NCBI GenBank assembly: GCA_029856435.1
Contig: JAHQXB010000172.1
Coordinates: 1-25,321 of the forward strand
DNA: 25,321 bases
Direction of reading: 5' to 3'
Source: Candidatus Jordarchaeia archaeon
GTDB lineage: Archaea > Asgardarchaeota > Jordiarchaeia > Jordiarchaeales > Jordiarchaeaceae
The notes under the pieces are model-generated. The model was not told where the DNA came from. It made no database searches and worked only from the letters and a program-made list of their open reading frames with translations. Positions 25,181 to 25,321 of the stretch are shown here, in pieces (position 1 is the first letter of the stretch; every line of letters begins with the position of its first letter). The position numbers and the translations under genes were made by a program.

Positions 25181-25321
25181 ATGTCGGTAGATATTTTGTT
25201 TCTGGGCTTAATAACCTTTCTCCTCCTCCTGATCCTGCTACGCGAGTACACCCACACATCCGACGACCCCGGACCCCTCACCCTCAGGGGGGCGCTCGAC
25301 GCCCTAGCGGACTCGGGCCTC
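25181..25321 (+). CDS. 5' part of a membrane-anchored protein running off the window; not in the ORF track
   Basis: SD GGTGA at 25170-25174, ATG at 25181: MSVDILFLGLITFLLLLILLREYTHTSDDPGPLTLRGALDALADSGL..., with an N-terminal hydrophobic helix. Confidence 0.7.
   Translation, partial: MSVDILFLGLITFLLLLILLREYTHTSDDPGPLTLRGALDALADSGL

Overview
Archaeal chromosomal window. Evidence: an Mre11/Rad50/HerA/NurA set, TATA-like promoters, GGTGA/GAGGTG Shine-Dalgarno sites and frequent TTG starts. An Asgard/TACK-like host is a guess only. The core content is a TPR-only protein, a pncB-like phosphoribosyltransferase coupled to an NrtR-type regulator, 4-hydroxybutyryl-CoA dehydratase, an FGGY kinase, the nurA-herA-mre11-rad50 end-resection genes, an M20 peptidase, dodecin, an MFS transporter, an amidohydrolase, a saccharopine-dehydrogenase-like enzyme and several small Cys-rich hypothetical proteins. 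Five things are not explained by the ORF track. (1) An NrtR-type GT-N7-AC palindrome sits inside the archaeal promoter of pncB-nrtR. (2) A 1.3-kb insert splits nurA from herA; it carries a non-autonomous IS200/IS605-like element and two tiny Lys-rich ORFs, one protamine-like and missed by the ORF track, one H1-tail-like with a perfect 30-bp repeat. (3) Two more orphan IS605-like right ends lie in intergenic regions and could be omega-RNA loci. (4) A ~520-bp inversion cut two adjacent Fe-S genes at 4-bp microhomologies. (5) A 177-bp MITE has an 8-bp target duplication and an internal fold with G-U pairs. No CRISPR array, rRNA or tRNA was seen. All family assignments come from motif recognition by eye; no database searches were run.
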